64,000 nt of DNA from Zancudomyces culisetae HAW-14-8. Taxonomy: Eukaryota; Fungi; Kickxellomycota. Shown here in pieces: positions 1 through 12,185 of this stretch. Location of the stretch: NCBI GenBank assembly GCA_052426225.1, contig JBNJNM010000015.1, positions 620,001-684,000 of the forward strand, in the 5' to 3' direction. A model generated the notes under the pieces. The model was not told the origin of the DNA. It did not search any database and worked only from the letters and a program-made list of their open reading frames with translations. The translations under genes were made by a program, and so were the position numbers. The stretch's first letter is position 1; every line of letters starts with the position of its first letter.

Positions 1-1915
1 ATCATATACTAATATTTCCTCAATTATGTAATATTTATAAAGTTTGACCTTATATACAACCTCATTGATCAAATTCATCATGAGAAAAAAAAAGTGCGTA
101 AATAACCAAGACCTGTGATTATGCTAAAAAATAGAAAATAAAAAATGAAAAATAAATAAAAAACTATTACATTCCTTTTTTTATTTGCAGAACCATTAAC
201 AGTATAAAAAAATCATCCTTTCTGTGAGAGAGAAAGTGAGAGGGAAAGAGAAAGAGAATAGGAGGTGGGAAAAGTGGGGTTGCTATAGTACTTTACAATA
301 CCAAGTCTTTGTATATACCCGAGGTGCAATACTCTTTAAAATCACATTTACTTGTATGATCTTTAATCAATAGTTATAAACTCCATAATAGAGGTCAGGG
401 TACATTCTCTTTTTCTTTTCTTTTTAGAAAAAAATTATGGTGCATTGTATATGTACATGTACATAGTATTGACTTGATACTAGTTTATTTATTTATTTTT
501 TGTAATATATTATGTTGGTTTTGGCTGTATAAAAGCTTAAAACAGTTGAATCTCTTTATATTTGTATTAATGATCATATTTATATTTTTGGTACATAAAT
601 GTTTTATTATATTAGTCTCTAACCAGCTCATCAAGGCCATTAATTACTTGTAATGTATATAATTACTTTGGAGGAATATCCAAATCTAATAATGATTTTA
701 TATTTCCTTTTTTTTTTGTATTTATCCGTTAAAGTACATATTTGTTTGTTCTTTATACTATACTGGTCAAGTATGCATATAAAGCTAATGATATATAATA
801 TTCAAAATTCACATTGGAAATTATAAATCACCTTTGCAAAAAAATAAAAGATATTGCATCATCTAACAACCAAAGTAAATAGGCGAATTAACAATAGTTT
901 AAATTAAAGCTGATTAGATAATACAAACTCACTATGATTTCCTTTATTATCATTTTCTCTGTTTTTTTTTTAAGCTTTTTGTATTCATACACACGTTTTT
1001 TATTTATTTTTCAAATTAATTAATTTCTCGTTGATTGTTAAAACCAAACCAACCTGGTACAAGATGAATCAGGGAAACAGGTAAAAAAAAAATCGTATAT
1101 TGGTCATGTTCCTTGAAATCCAAATTGTCTACATAGTTAATCACTCACCAAAAAAAAAAAAAAAAGAATTAATAATTAAAAAGAATTAAAAAAAAATAAG
1201 ACCCAACGAATAAAATATTTTGTTTCCCAAGTTTTTAAAAGTAATTTTTGATAGCAAACAGAATAAAATATAATAAAATAAAATAAAATAAAATATAATG
1301 AAATAAAAAGAGTGGCAGGGACGGTTTATATAAATCAAGTACTATATTTTTTCATGCTACTATTAAAAAAAAAAATTGGAAAAAATTAAAAAAAACCAAT
1401 CGTTTTTATATTATAAATGTACTAAGCTACTCATTTTTAGACCGGAGTAAAGTAAAGCATAGTAAAGTAAAGAGAAGAAAAGAAGAGAAGAATAGAATAA
1501 ACCAGAAAAAAATTATAGTATTTTAAATCCAAGTTCCAAAAAAGAAAAAAAAAAAGCCCAATACTATTCAATAAAACGATCTTTTAACAATTTTACAACT
1601 TACAACGACAATAGGAACGAAACGGGAATCAGAGACCAACAATACAATAACAAAATAACAGTCGAACCTACCCTTTCTCCTACCCCTCCATACAAATATA
1701 TATATAGCATTTTACACACAACAAAGAGATCAACACACTCTTTCCTTACCTTATCTTTTCACATCCTTGTAATACTTGTTTTTTTTTTCATCGTTAATTC
1801 TTGTTGTATTAGGAAAAAAAGAAAAAAAAGAGGATAAGGAATATTAAATAACTAGTGGGAAACGATATCGAAAAAAGTAATAGAAAAAGAAAAAGAAAAA
1901 GAACAGAAAGAAAAT

Positions 1916-4774
1916 ATGGCACCAATCATATTACGGATCAAGGGACCCAAATTGTTTTCACCCTTCAACGACGTTAACAGTGCAAATGATCTATCGGCGA
2001 TTTGGCGTGTTTGCACCAAGGTAAAAGATTCACTGGAAAATGGTTCTCGACTAGAAAATCTGTCCTGGAGACTGTGGTACCTACAACAGGTTCTGGAAGG
2101 TCAGGGTAGAGGCAATCAGTTGTGTAAATTGATTCCGAAAACCGAACAAGATATAGAAAGTAGTGATAAACAACAAGTGTTTGGTAAACGGCGGTGGTAT
2201 GCTGGTATGAATAACTCTACCAAAAAGAACGCAACCGGTAATAAAAACACAAATGCTGGCGATGGTGGTGATGATATCAATATCAACAGCGATAATAATA
2301 ACAATAGCAATACTAATACCAATACTAATACCAATAATAACACTAACATTAATAGTACAAATAGTAATAATAGCAACAATAGTAATAATAGTACAAACAG
2401 TAATAATAGCAATGTTAATAGTAATACCGGTTTTGGTAATTTTAGTAGAGATGCTGGTAAGGGAGGTGATAATCTTAGAAACGACAAAAACAGGATGGAA
2501 TGTGATGAAAAGACAATGTTTGGATTTGAAGGAGATAGTGGTAATACAAGGAATAATTTTACCAACCCAAAAAAGTCAAATTTCCAAATTAAGGTTAGAC
2601 TGGGTAGTAAGCCTAAAGTACACAACAATAGCAATAGCAATAGCAATAGCAACAACAGCAGCAATAATAATATTAGTACGACCAACAACTCAACAACTAA
2701 ACATACAGATGAAATTAATAGAAGAGATGGGATGAGCGATTACAACACTTTTCAGAACAATCCAAGTGAATTAAATAGTGGTAATATTGAAAAAACTGAT
2801 ATAGAAGCAAAGGCAGAAACGCTAAATAACAATATGGCAAATGACAATATGGAAAGACAACAACAAAAAATAGACGGTGGTGAGTTGGATACTGAAAAGA
2901 AAACAAAAGGCATTTATAATACTTCGACACTGGTTGGGGAAAAGAAACAGGAAAAATCGATCCAGGCATCGGATCTGATGTCGATTGGACCATCCAGTTT
3001 TCTTTCAAATGTCAATATAGATCCGGTACAAATTGAAATTACTCTTAATGAAATATTTCCAATGACGTCAGGAAATACGATTTCATCACCTTATAGCTAT
3101 TTTGATCAAGATATTGATAATTACTACAACAGCAATAATAATCGAAATATTACTGGAAATAGTAATAGTAATGGAAATAGTATTGGAAATAGTAATAGTA
3201 ATGGAAATGGAAATGGAAATGATAATGATAATGATAACAATGATAGTCGATTATTTTCATCTTTGCAACAATCCTCTCTGCTACCCAAATCAAAACTAAA
3301 ACCATGTATTAAGACCAAACCAAAAATCAAAAAGGCAAATACGGTACCTCAGAATAATGGTACGGGTAGTAATGATTTTTATGGAGATATAGGAGGAGGA
3401 ATGTGGGGAGCGAGTGGTGGTGGAATGGGAATGGGAATGGGTATGGGAATGGGTATGGCTATGGGGATGGAAATGGGGATGGATATGAATATGACAATGG
3501 ATGGAATTAACGAGGTTGGCGAGATTGGGGAAATTGGCGAAATTGATGAAATAGGAATGATGGATAAAAATCTTGGTGTGAATAATGAAAAAAACAACAA
3601 CGATACAGGAATTGAACAAGGATTGATAGATAAAATGTTGCTTGATTCTTATAAAGATTCTTGTGATTCAATATTAAATAACAATAACAACAACAACAAC
3701 AATAGTAATGGTAATAATAGCGAATCAGAAAACAGCAACAATAACAAAAATGAAAATAACAATAACAATAGCAATAGCAGTAGCAATATTAATAGTAATA
3801 GTAATAGTAATAGTAGTAGCAATAGTAGTAGTAATAATAATCATAGAAATGGTTCAACTTTGGGAATTGACGAGTCACCAGCAGCTGGGCGTAGTGATGG
3901 GCCACAATGTGCCAACTGTCAAGTACGAACAACACCTTTATGGAGACGGTGTGGACCAGATATGGTTCTTTGTAATGCGTGTGGTTTGTACTACCGACTT
4001 CATAACCGACACCGACCAAAGACATTAAGGTCGATAACTACACTAATTAATAATGGTAATGGTAATAATAATGGTGGTAATGGTGGTGGTAATGGTGGTA
4101 GTGGTAATGGTAGTGGTAGTGGTGGTCAAGGTGAAAATTCAAATGGTAATGGATTTGGGTACCGTACCGATTTGATTCTGAACAAATGTAGCAATTGTAA
4201 GACTGAAAGAACTCCATTATGGCGACGTGATGAAAATGGAAATACTTTGTGTAATGCGTGTGGCTTGTATTTCAAGTTACATAAGGAAAAACGTCCAATT
4301 GAACTAAAAACAGATATTATTCGAAAACGACATCGTACTCCGTCTTCCTCCTCCTCCTCATCTTCTTCCATTGCAAATTCGAACCAATTATCATCATCAT
4401 CATCATCATCTCTTCCCATACCTCATAAAGGTATAACTGTACATTCTTCATCAGTTTCGGCTTTGTCTTCTCCTACACCATCATCATCATCATCATCATT
4501 TGCTCAAAATGACAATATTCTGAAAAAACTAAAGAAACATCATTCTAATTTTTTACCTTCCTATAACAATAGTATTATTAGTCACAATCCCAATCCCAAT
4601 CACAATCCCACATCTACTATACAAGACAATCTAAACATCAATATCAACTCCAACCTCAATCCCCCTTCTCTTCCATCTCTTCCATCTCTTCCTCTTCCCC
4701 ATAATAGTATTTCTCCTGAACTACCAAATATTTCTACTAACGTTTCCTCCAATATAAACCATCAATTACTATAA
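1916..4774 (+). CDS. GATA transcription factor, AreA/Gat1/Gaf1-like: N-terminal DUF1752 plus two C-X2-C-X17-C-X2-C zinc fingers; Asn/Ser/Gly low-complexity linkers
   Basis: DUF1752 signature [10 protein letters not shown]; fingers [26 protein letters not shown] and [32 protein letters not shown]; single 952-aa ORF. Confidence 0.93.
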   Translation: MAPIILRIKGPKLFSPFNDVNSANDLSAIWRVCTKVKDSLENGSRLENLSWRLWYLQQVLEGQGRGNQLCKLIPKTEQDIESSDKQQVFGKRRWYAGMNNSTKKNATGNKNTNAGDGGDDININSDNNNNSNTNTNTNTNNNTNINSTNSNNSNNSNNSTNSNNSNVNSNTGFGNFSRDAGKGGDNLRNDKNRMECDEKTMFGFEGDSGNTRNNFTNPKKSNFQIKVRLGSKPKVHNNSNSNSNSNNSSNNNISTTNNSTTKHTDEINRRDGMSDYNTFQNNPSELNSGNIEKTDIEAKAETLNNNMANDNMERQQQKIDGGELDTEKKTKGIYNTSTLVGEKKQEKSIQASDLMSIGPSSFLSNVNIDPVQIEITLNEIFPMTSGNTISSPYSYFDQDIDNYYNSNNNRNITGNSNSNGNSIGNSNSNGNGNGNDNDNDNNDSRLFSSLQQSSLLPKSKLKPCIKTKPKIKKANTVPQNNGTGSNDFYGDIGGGMWGASGGGMGMGMGMGMGMAMGMEMGMDMNMTMDGINEVGEIGEIGEIDEIGMMDKNLGVNNEKNNNDTGIEQGLIDKMLLDSYKDSCDSILNNNNNNNNNSNGNNSESENSNNNKNENNNNNSNSSSNINSNSNSNSSSNSSSNNNHRNGSTLGIDESPAAGRSDGPQCANCQVRTTPLWRRCGPDMVLCNACGLYYRLHNRHRPKTLRSITTLINNGNGNNNGGNGGGNGGSGNGSGSGGQGENSNGNGFGYRTDLILNKCSNCKTERTPLWRRDENGNTLCNACGLYFKLHKEKRPIELKTDIIRKRHRTPSSSSSSSSSIANSNQLSSSSSSSLPIPHKGITVHSSSVSALSSPTPSSSSSSFAQNDNILKKLKKHHSNFLPSYNNSIISHNPNPNHNPTSTIQDNLNININSNLNPPSLPSLPSLPLPHNSISPELPNISTNVSSNINHQLL
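2290..2425 (+). repeat. Coding (AAT/AAC/AGT)n microsatellite tract encoding poly-Asn/Thr/Ser; similar tracts at ~2625-2675, 3150-3245, 3675-3840
   Basis: Direct reading of trinucleotide/hexanucleotide repeats inside the GATA ORF. Confidence 0.85.
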
Positions 4775-4953
4775 AATCATTTATTTAGCTGATTATTTGC
4801 TTTAATTTAATTTAATTTAATTTGATTTAATTTCTTGATTCTTTTTTATTTTTATTTTTATTTTTATATATATATTTTTATTTAATATTTTATTTACTAT
4901 AATTCATTTAAACTATATATTTAAAACACTTGTAAAACCAAAAATGATCCTAA

Positions 4954-4974
4954 CCCATACCCAAACCCAAACCC
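4954..4974 (-). repeat. Short (TTTGGG)-like hexamer array matching the canonical G-quadruplex pattern on the minus strand
   Basis: + strand CCCATACCCAAACCCAAACCC = four GGG runs with 3-nt loops on the minus strand. Confidence 0.5.
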
Positions 4975-5150
4975 AAACTATCTCTCCTCATCCCATCTCA
5001 AAAAGAAAAAAAAGAAAGAAAGAGAGAGACACACAAACTATCCTTTCAGATTCCATTTCATTATATTCCGTTTAATTTAATTTGCATCACTTCACTTTAT
5101 ATTTCCTGACCTTTAATGTGATCAACAATATCCTTATATTTTTCATTCTT

Positions 5151-8100
5151 TCAAAAGGACATTATAGAGTTCTTTAGAAAATAATTTGAAAAATTAACCA
5201 GAGTTCTGGTAAATCTAACCCAGTTTTTGGCATTTCCATGGTAATACAAATCATTCAAAAAGTCATCACATTGAATATTAACATTACCGTTTTTGCTACT
5301 GTTTGCAATCTGTTGCTTTAGACAATGCAAAAATGATAATTTTGACTGCTCGATATCTTGACTCTCTGTATTACCACCTCCACCTCCATTGTTAATATTA
5401 TTAATGTTGTTGCTGTTGTTATTGTTTGTGGTATCATTGTTTAAATTACTGGATGGATTGGTAGAAAAGAATTCTTGGCTAGAGAGTATTTGGTATATAT
5501 ATGTTATATTCGTTGCAGTCAAGTGAATAAGATCATAGTGTTGATCTTTGTTTTTAAGAAGGAGTGTGATAAGACTGACTAGTAATAATGGATATTCTTT
5601 AAGTTGAGAATCGAAATTACCACCAGTACCAGTAATAGTACCAGTAGTAGTGGTAGTGGTAGTACCAGTAGAGTTAGTACCAGTAGAAGTAGCAGTAATA
5701 GTATTAGTGTTATCAACAATATTATTAGAATTGTTATTTGCAACATCAAGATTGGTATTAATACTCAAGATTTTTCGCATTATATGAGCAGTTTCGTGTC
5801 GGTAATAAGCAGAAAAGGATAATATGGCACTCCAGAACTCAAGAGCAGCCTCGGTGACATAATAATGGATTGAAGAAATGGCTTCAATAGCAAAATGAAC
5901 CAACAATGAACCATCGGAACTGCCATGCTGTTGCTGTTGCTGTGAAAGCAAAAACAACAACCGTCGCTTATCGTTATGGAAACGAGCCATACATAGTAAG
6001 AAATACTCTTCGGCCTGTTCAGGATACTGATCAATTCCAGTAGTAACAGCAGCAGAAGAAGTAACCAGACTAGTCATTGCTCCACTAATTGTCTGTACAA
6101 ACTCATCGTACTGTTGCTGTATTGCGTCCCTGTTAGCATTGTTGGCTATTTCAAATTCTTCAATAATCTTTCGACCCGCCCAAATATACACTGAATATCC
6201 TGTTTGCACAAACCCGCGCGCAAGTATCTGTAGCGCACTACTGACAAGCTGTTCAGGAACCACTCGCGGCGTCACCGTCACCAACACCCGCAACAACCGC
6301 CCACACGCCTCACTAACCTCGCTACGATGGCCGTGTTGCTCAACTGCGGATATGACAACTGGCCAGATCGGCCCCACTGCCGCCTGCATCACTACTGTCG
6401 CAAAGGCCTCAGACCGGTTGGCATCCAGGTGCCGCAAAAACGTCGACATCCGCACCAAAAGCCGCGCCATTCGACTATAGTCAGCACTGGCTGCAGCCCC
6501 AACATCTTGTCCAAGGTCCTGCATTACAGCGCTACAAAAGCGCTCGACGGCAGCTGAAAAGGCCGAAATGTCTTGCAGCCGGCCTACAGTGTGTGAAAAG
6601 CCTTCCGTCAAATCCACCACATCGTCTTCATCCAAATACTCCAGCTGCACCACTTTGCTATAAAACGCTTCCAGCTCGTGCCAGTGGCCGACTAGGTATT
6701 CTCCACAGTCCTTGCACAGATACTTCAGCGCTTGTGTGCTTGCTGTTGCCACTTGTTGGTTCTCAAAGCCTGCCGAAATGTATGCCAGCTGCGGTGCTAT
6801 ATACTCGACATGACGTCGTGTCCAAAACGTATATCGACTCATCACCAGAATTGCTCCGTACTGCAGCTTTGCATGCCCATCTATCGTCCCCACCACCTGC
6901 ATAATCTTCGGCATCACCACCTCTTCCTCGTCGCTAATCTCGCTGCCCATCGCCCGCAACGCAAACAACGCTGCCTCCATAACCTGCCACGCCTCGTTCC
7001 GCCCTTGTCGCCGTGCCTCCATCTGCTGCTGCAGTATATTGTATGGATGCATTAGCGCCTGCGCCTGCCCCAATACATTCACCGCCTCCTTCAACACATC
7101 TCCTATACTGTGCCGGAAATCGCTGAAATCGTCTCGGTCCTTGGCTGTCCACACTGCCCCTTCTCCGCTGCCTTCGTTCTTTCCTTCCACTCGGAACCCG
7201 TCGTAATCAAGCGGGTATCGCAGATCCACTATCACTGCTTCCACCAGTGCCGCAAACACTTGCTCCATAATCCGCTGCTTCTCTTTGTCTCCTGTTCGCT
7301 GCCGTACCTCCACTACCTTTTCTGCCAACTCTCCCCAAAAGTTAAATGTCATTGGAAGAACTTCTAGCTGTGGAATCTGCATAATCCCCACAAGTGCCTC
7401 TAATATCCCCAAAAACCGCTCTGGCTGCCTCACAATCTCTCTTATCCACGCCTCACCCGCCTCTGTAAATATCCGGCATACTCCTCGCATTCTATCCACC
7501 TCCCCTTGCACTATTGCCTCCATGTTCCCCGCCATCTCTTGCAATTTACCCTTCAAATACTCTATATTCAAATCCTCCACTTCTTCTCGCTTGTCCTCCA
7601 TCTCCTCTCCTTCCTCTTTTCCTTCCCTCTCCCTTTGCTCCTCCCGTCCTCTTCGCTCCATATCCTTTTCTATGCTACTCTCGTATATATACCCACATAT
7701 CGCTTCCACCGCCACCTCCATCACCTCATCATCCTCCGACCTCAGTCCCGCAAACGCCAACTCTATCAGTGGTGTCTGATGTACTCGGGCTGCCTTCAGT
7801 CCCCCACTGCTCATCCACGCCCTGAAACACTCCAGAATCTTCACCTGTATGTCTGCTTCTACTGCTTCGCTCTCCAGCCCACGCACTAATAGCCCAAGCA
7901 CATCCTCCCCAACATCGTCCAACAACTTTTTCTTTTTTACCCTTAGTTTCTCCCCGCTCAGTATTATTCGCTCATTGTTCATCAATTCTTCCGGTAACAC
8001 CGTTAAAAACTCTAGTATCTCGATCATTCCCCCTTCACTCCTCTGTACTTCTTGTTGTTGACTAGGTATCAAAAACCTTTGTATCATTTCCACCACTGGA

Positions 8101-8652
8101 TCTTCCCATTCAAGTAGCTGGACTGCCAAATCCGCCAGCACCAAATTTATTTGTCTCCTTAATGTAGGTATGATCTTTTCCGTTTCTTGTAAATATCCTA
8201 TTAGCGATTCTTTCAACCCCAATCCTGATGTTGGATCCAAATCCCTAAAGTCGTGAATTACCTATTTTATCATTTTTATTATTTTATATATATATGTATT
8301 TATGTTTAAATTGACGTTATTTCCCGTTATTATCCTTCTAACAAATTTAAAAATCATTTTTACAAGACCCCACCACACCCTCCCCACTCCAAGAAATTCT
8401 GAAAATCTCTTCTTTTTTTTCTCTCTCTATATCTCTCTTTCTTACCTTACTTCGCAACGTCTGCGCTGCAAATATTTTGTATTCTAAATGTGCCTCACTA
8501 CCATTGTCACGTAATATCGCATTTGATATTGTCCATGCCTCCTTGGTCTTTTGAAACTGCTGCAACCATTCAGCTGCGCTGCTTTTGGCACCGGAATCAT
8601 GACCTCTATATAGTATCTCCAGTGCATGCAGCACTTGGTTTATATTTTCCAT
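5151..8652 (-). CDS. MTR10: Transportin-SR / importin-beta family mRNA transport regulator Mtr10; exons 8652-8446 and 8261-5151
   Basis: AAEWLQQFQKTKEAW and IFAAQTLRSK spliced via GTAAGA...AAATAG intron (8445-8262) to VIHDFRDL; LEFLTVLPEE, DFRHSIGDVLK, WQVMEAALFALRAMG HEAT-repeat motifs typical of Mtr10/TNPO3. Confidence 0.92.
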
Positions 8653-9235
8653 CCTATACCTTGAATAAATTAAACTGGCTTGATTTGTTAATTGTTCACT
8701 TTTTTTTTATTTCTTTTGTCGTATCTACTGAGTTTTGCACTACTACAAAATTGATTATTGTTTCTGTCCCTTTCTTTTCTTCTCTTGTATTTTCTTGTAT
8801 TTTCTTGTACTTTCTTGTATATTCTTTTCTTTTCTTTTCTTGTATATTCTTTTTCAGTTTATTTCTGTTTCTTTTACCTGGTATGGTCAATAGTATTTCC
8901 AAAATCTAGGTTTTAAAATAAACTTTGTATTAAAGCAAAAAGTTGTTCCTTTATTTTATTTGTCTTTATTTTTTACCTTTTTACCTTTTTACCTTTTTTG
9001 GTCAAACTTGTTACTTTTTGGTTTGTTTTTTTAGATTATTTTTCCAAACTCTACACACACATTACTATTTTCCAACTTGATATTATTGTTGATTTGCTTT
9101 TGCTTTTGCGTTTGCTTTTGTTTGTGCTGTATTCATATAACATTTATTTACATTAAAAAAATTTTTTTTATTTTTTATTTTTTATTTTTTATTTTTGTTC
9201 TAGACTTTGGGTTTTTATTTTTTTATCCCTTCCTT

Positions 9236-9275
9236 CCACTCCCCGCCCACTCCCCGCCCACTCCCCCCCCAACCC
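9236..9275 (-). repeat. C-rich tandem repeat (CCACTCCCCGC x2-3), G4-capable, in the divergent MTR10/Rsm1 promoter region
   Basis: ccactccccgcccactccccgcccactccccccccaaccc read directly. Confidence 0.5.
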
Positions 9276-9989
9276 ATTTACTCCACTTCATTCCACTTTC
9301 CTACTCTCAAGCTTACAAACCACGCGTTCTGCGATTTATAAACTAATTTGTTTTTGATGATCCTTTCTCTTTTCCTCCCTGCTCCTCCCTGCTCCTCCTA
9401 CCCACTCTCGCTCTGACTTCTTCCTTGGTAGATAACAATTTTCCCGCACAAACCTCCTTTTATCTCTTTTCCTTTCTTTCTCACTCACTCTCCTATTTAT
9501 ATTTCCATTTAAATGTGTGACTGGATAAAACTACAAGTAATAATAAAAGTACGAATACTTCTTGTATTGCCCGATCAGCCTCAATATATATTCCTATTTC
9601 ACCCTCCCATCCTCTCATTCACCCCCACCTCATCCTTCTCATCAAATACTCTAATATCCAAACACCGAATTATTAGCCTTACTATTTCCCTATTTCACTC
9701 TAATTTATTACTCGCTAAATTCAATATTCCGATATTTGGCGTTTTTTTTTAACTTTCCTCTTACCACTTTTGCTCAGTCTCTTCAATTCTCACAATCTAC
9801 TTGATATATTCCTTGAAAATTAAAACAAATACGTAAATAAACAGAAATACAATATCACTAAAAAAATAAAAAAAACCAAAAAAAAAAAACTACAACTACA
9901 ACTACAAATACGAAAGGCCATAGAAGTTTCAAAGGGATAATAACATTAATAATAATAACAACGAAATACAACCTCAGTACTAAAAGCAA

Positions 9990-11798
9990 ATGAATAACGA
10001 TCCAACACTGACAGATCCTTCAACAACTACTGGCCATTCCCTTTTGTTGAATGAGAACGAAAGCATCTTTAACTTTAAAACGATTCCCCTCTCTACCACA
10101 TTTTCATCCAGGCTCAACAAACGAAAAGCAAAATCCATTTCCGACAACGAGGTTACTGATTCAACACAGAATAAATCCCATACGAACAAGAGTAATAAAT
10201 TTACAGAAAATCTTGCTCCAAATCACTCTTTTGCCGAGAACCTTACCAGGTAAAGTTCATACATACACTCTCACCTTACCCACCTACATCACCCCCTCGT
10301 TTTTCTTGTCTTTGTATACGTTTTTTTATTTTATTCTCATTTTTTTTACTTTAATGGAACCCCCCCCCTTCCTCCGATATTATTCCTTTAGACCAATATT
10401 TGCTCAGCTTTGTAGAACCCAGAGTATTGACGACTTGTTATTCAGAATCTCCACTTTTAAGATAAGTTAATTCTAACTTTCCCTTTTTTTCATTATTATT
10501 CTTTTTATCCAACATGATATTACTTTTACCTTTTACTAATTTCTGTTTTAACCTTTTACTTTTCTCAATACCATATTGAAAATTAAACAAAAAAAACAAA
10601 AAAAAAACCAACACAATATTTCTTGGAGTATAAAACATGAAGCTCTCAACCCAATAAACTGTTCTCTACATGGTTGGATAAACTCTGGTATGAATCGGCT
10701 CGAATGTTTATCTTGTGCATCCATCCTGCTGATTGATCCAAGTTCAGTTGATACCGATTACCACTATGATGTTTCTTTGGACTCTCCAATCGATGATTTT
10801 GCTGATGAACTCTATAACAAAAGTAAATATTTTATCTTTTATTTTTCACTTCTCACTCATTTACTTGTTTTGTATCAATCCTCGTTATGTATTCGCTTTG
10901 CAATTACTTGAAATAGACGAATTCATGGTGAAAATATTTACTGACCAGCTATCCTCTGCTCATAAACCTGATTGTTTGTGGCATAGTACTTGTTGCAAAC
11001 CCGAGTTGTATGGCCCAGTATCTGAGACCGCCAGGACCCAGCTGGTTAAACTCAACAACACTGTAAAGTCGATGCTTTTGTTGCCATCCAAGACACCACT
11101 CGCATCTTTATCTACACCACCTTCTGTTTCCGAATCACCGGAAAATCCATCATTTTTACCGCACATCTCCCTGCCAAAGGTAATTTCTCCTCTTTATCCT
11201 TCCTCCACCATCTATTAATTCGTACTTTTTGTCTATTTTTTTTCCTCACCTATATCCCCGTTTATTCGATATTTAGGATCTCGTTGAAAAGTATGGCACC
11301 AAAATCGACTCGATTGTATCAAAAATCACACCAATGCTGGATGATCCCCTTCCCACTGATACTTTTAAGCGGCCTAGGATTCAACCATCCACATCATCGC
11401 CTTCTTTGCCTAATTCTTCTCCGGTCTATACAGCCTGCGTACTTGCTCTTTTCGGTTGGATACCTCAGGAAATTTCAAATCTCCAATACCTGAAATGTAA
11501 TTTATGCTTTCGGTCTATTCCACTGACCTGTTATAGTAAATTAAACAAACAAAAAACAAAACCACATGGTAGTACTTCAGATGGTTGCACAGAGCACAAG
11601 GATCGCAATGCTGTTGATAATGAAGGTGGCTCTGTCGACCATCTAAAGTCTTTTGATGTCATTGGAAATCATCGGATTTATTGCTTCTACGCAGACAAGT
11701 CTACGGATACGACTGAATCAAATCCGTTTTCGTCCGAGAACCAATTTTCCTACTATAACAGTAGGGTATTTCAAACTCTGGATAGGTTAAGCATTTGA
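9990..11798 (+). CDS. C3HC zinc-finger / Rsm1 (NIPA/ZC3HC1, Pml39-like) nuclear basket mRNA surveillance protein; exons 9990-10249, 10392-10461, 10615-10822, 10917-11179, 11277-11798
   Basis: Spliced motifs LLFRISTFK|NISWSIK..LNPINCSLHGW, LECLSC, HKPDCLW, ACVLALFGW, LKCNLCFR, FDVIGNHRIYCFY; three GT-AG introns and one AT-AC intron (10462-10614). Confidence 0.85.
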
Positions 11799-12185
11799 TT
11801 TTTTTCATTTTCTGTATTTACTTTCTTTTATGTCTCTCTTGTATTTGTAAATTACTTGTTTTTTTTATCCATTAAGGACTAACAGTTCTTAACCTGGAAA
11901 TATTAATATTAATTTACCAGGTTAGTAGTTCATAACTTTCTATTATTAGTTCGATAAAAAAAAACCTGACTGTTTTAATATCGCATCACATTATACCCCC
12001 TTCTTCCTTTCTCTGACTCATCGATGATTCTTGCAATAACCAAAAACGATAATATAAAAACAACATGGTTTCTCATCAAAAGTGGGCTTTGCTGATATAC
12101 CTTTTTTTTTCCGCTTTGAGTGAGGGGATAATATCTGGATTTTATGTCAAGTCAGCAAAGTTTCTAAGGAAGAAGCTTTCATGAG

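Noticed and set aside
2116-8061. Many antisense and alternate-frame ORFs (poly-Leu/Ile/Pro) over the GATA and MTR10 genes
   Set aside because: Shadows of microsatellites and strand skew in real genes
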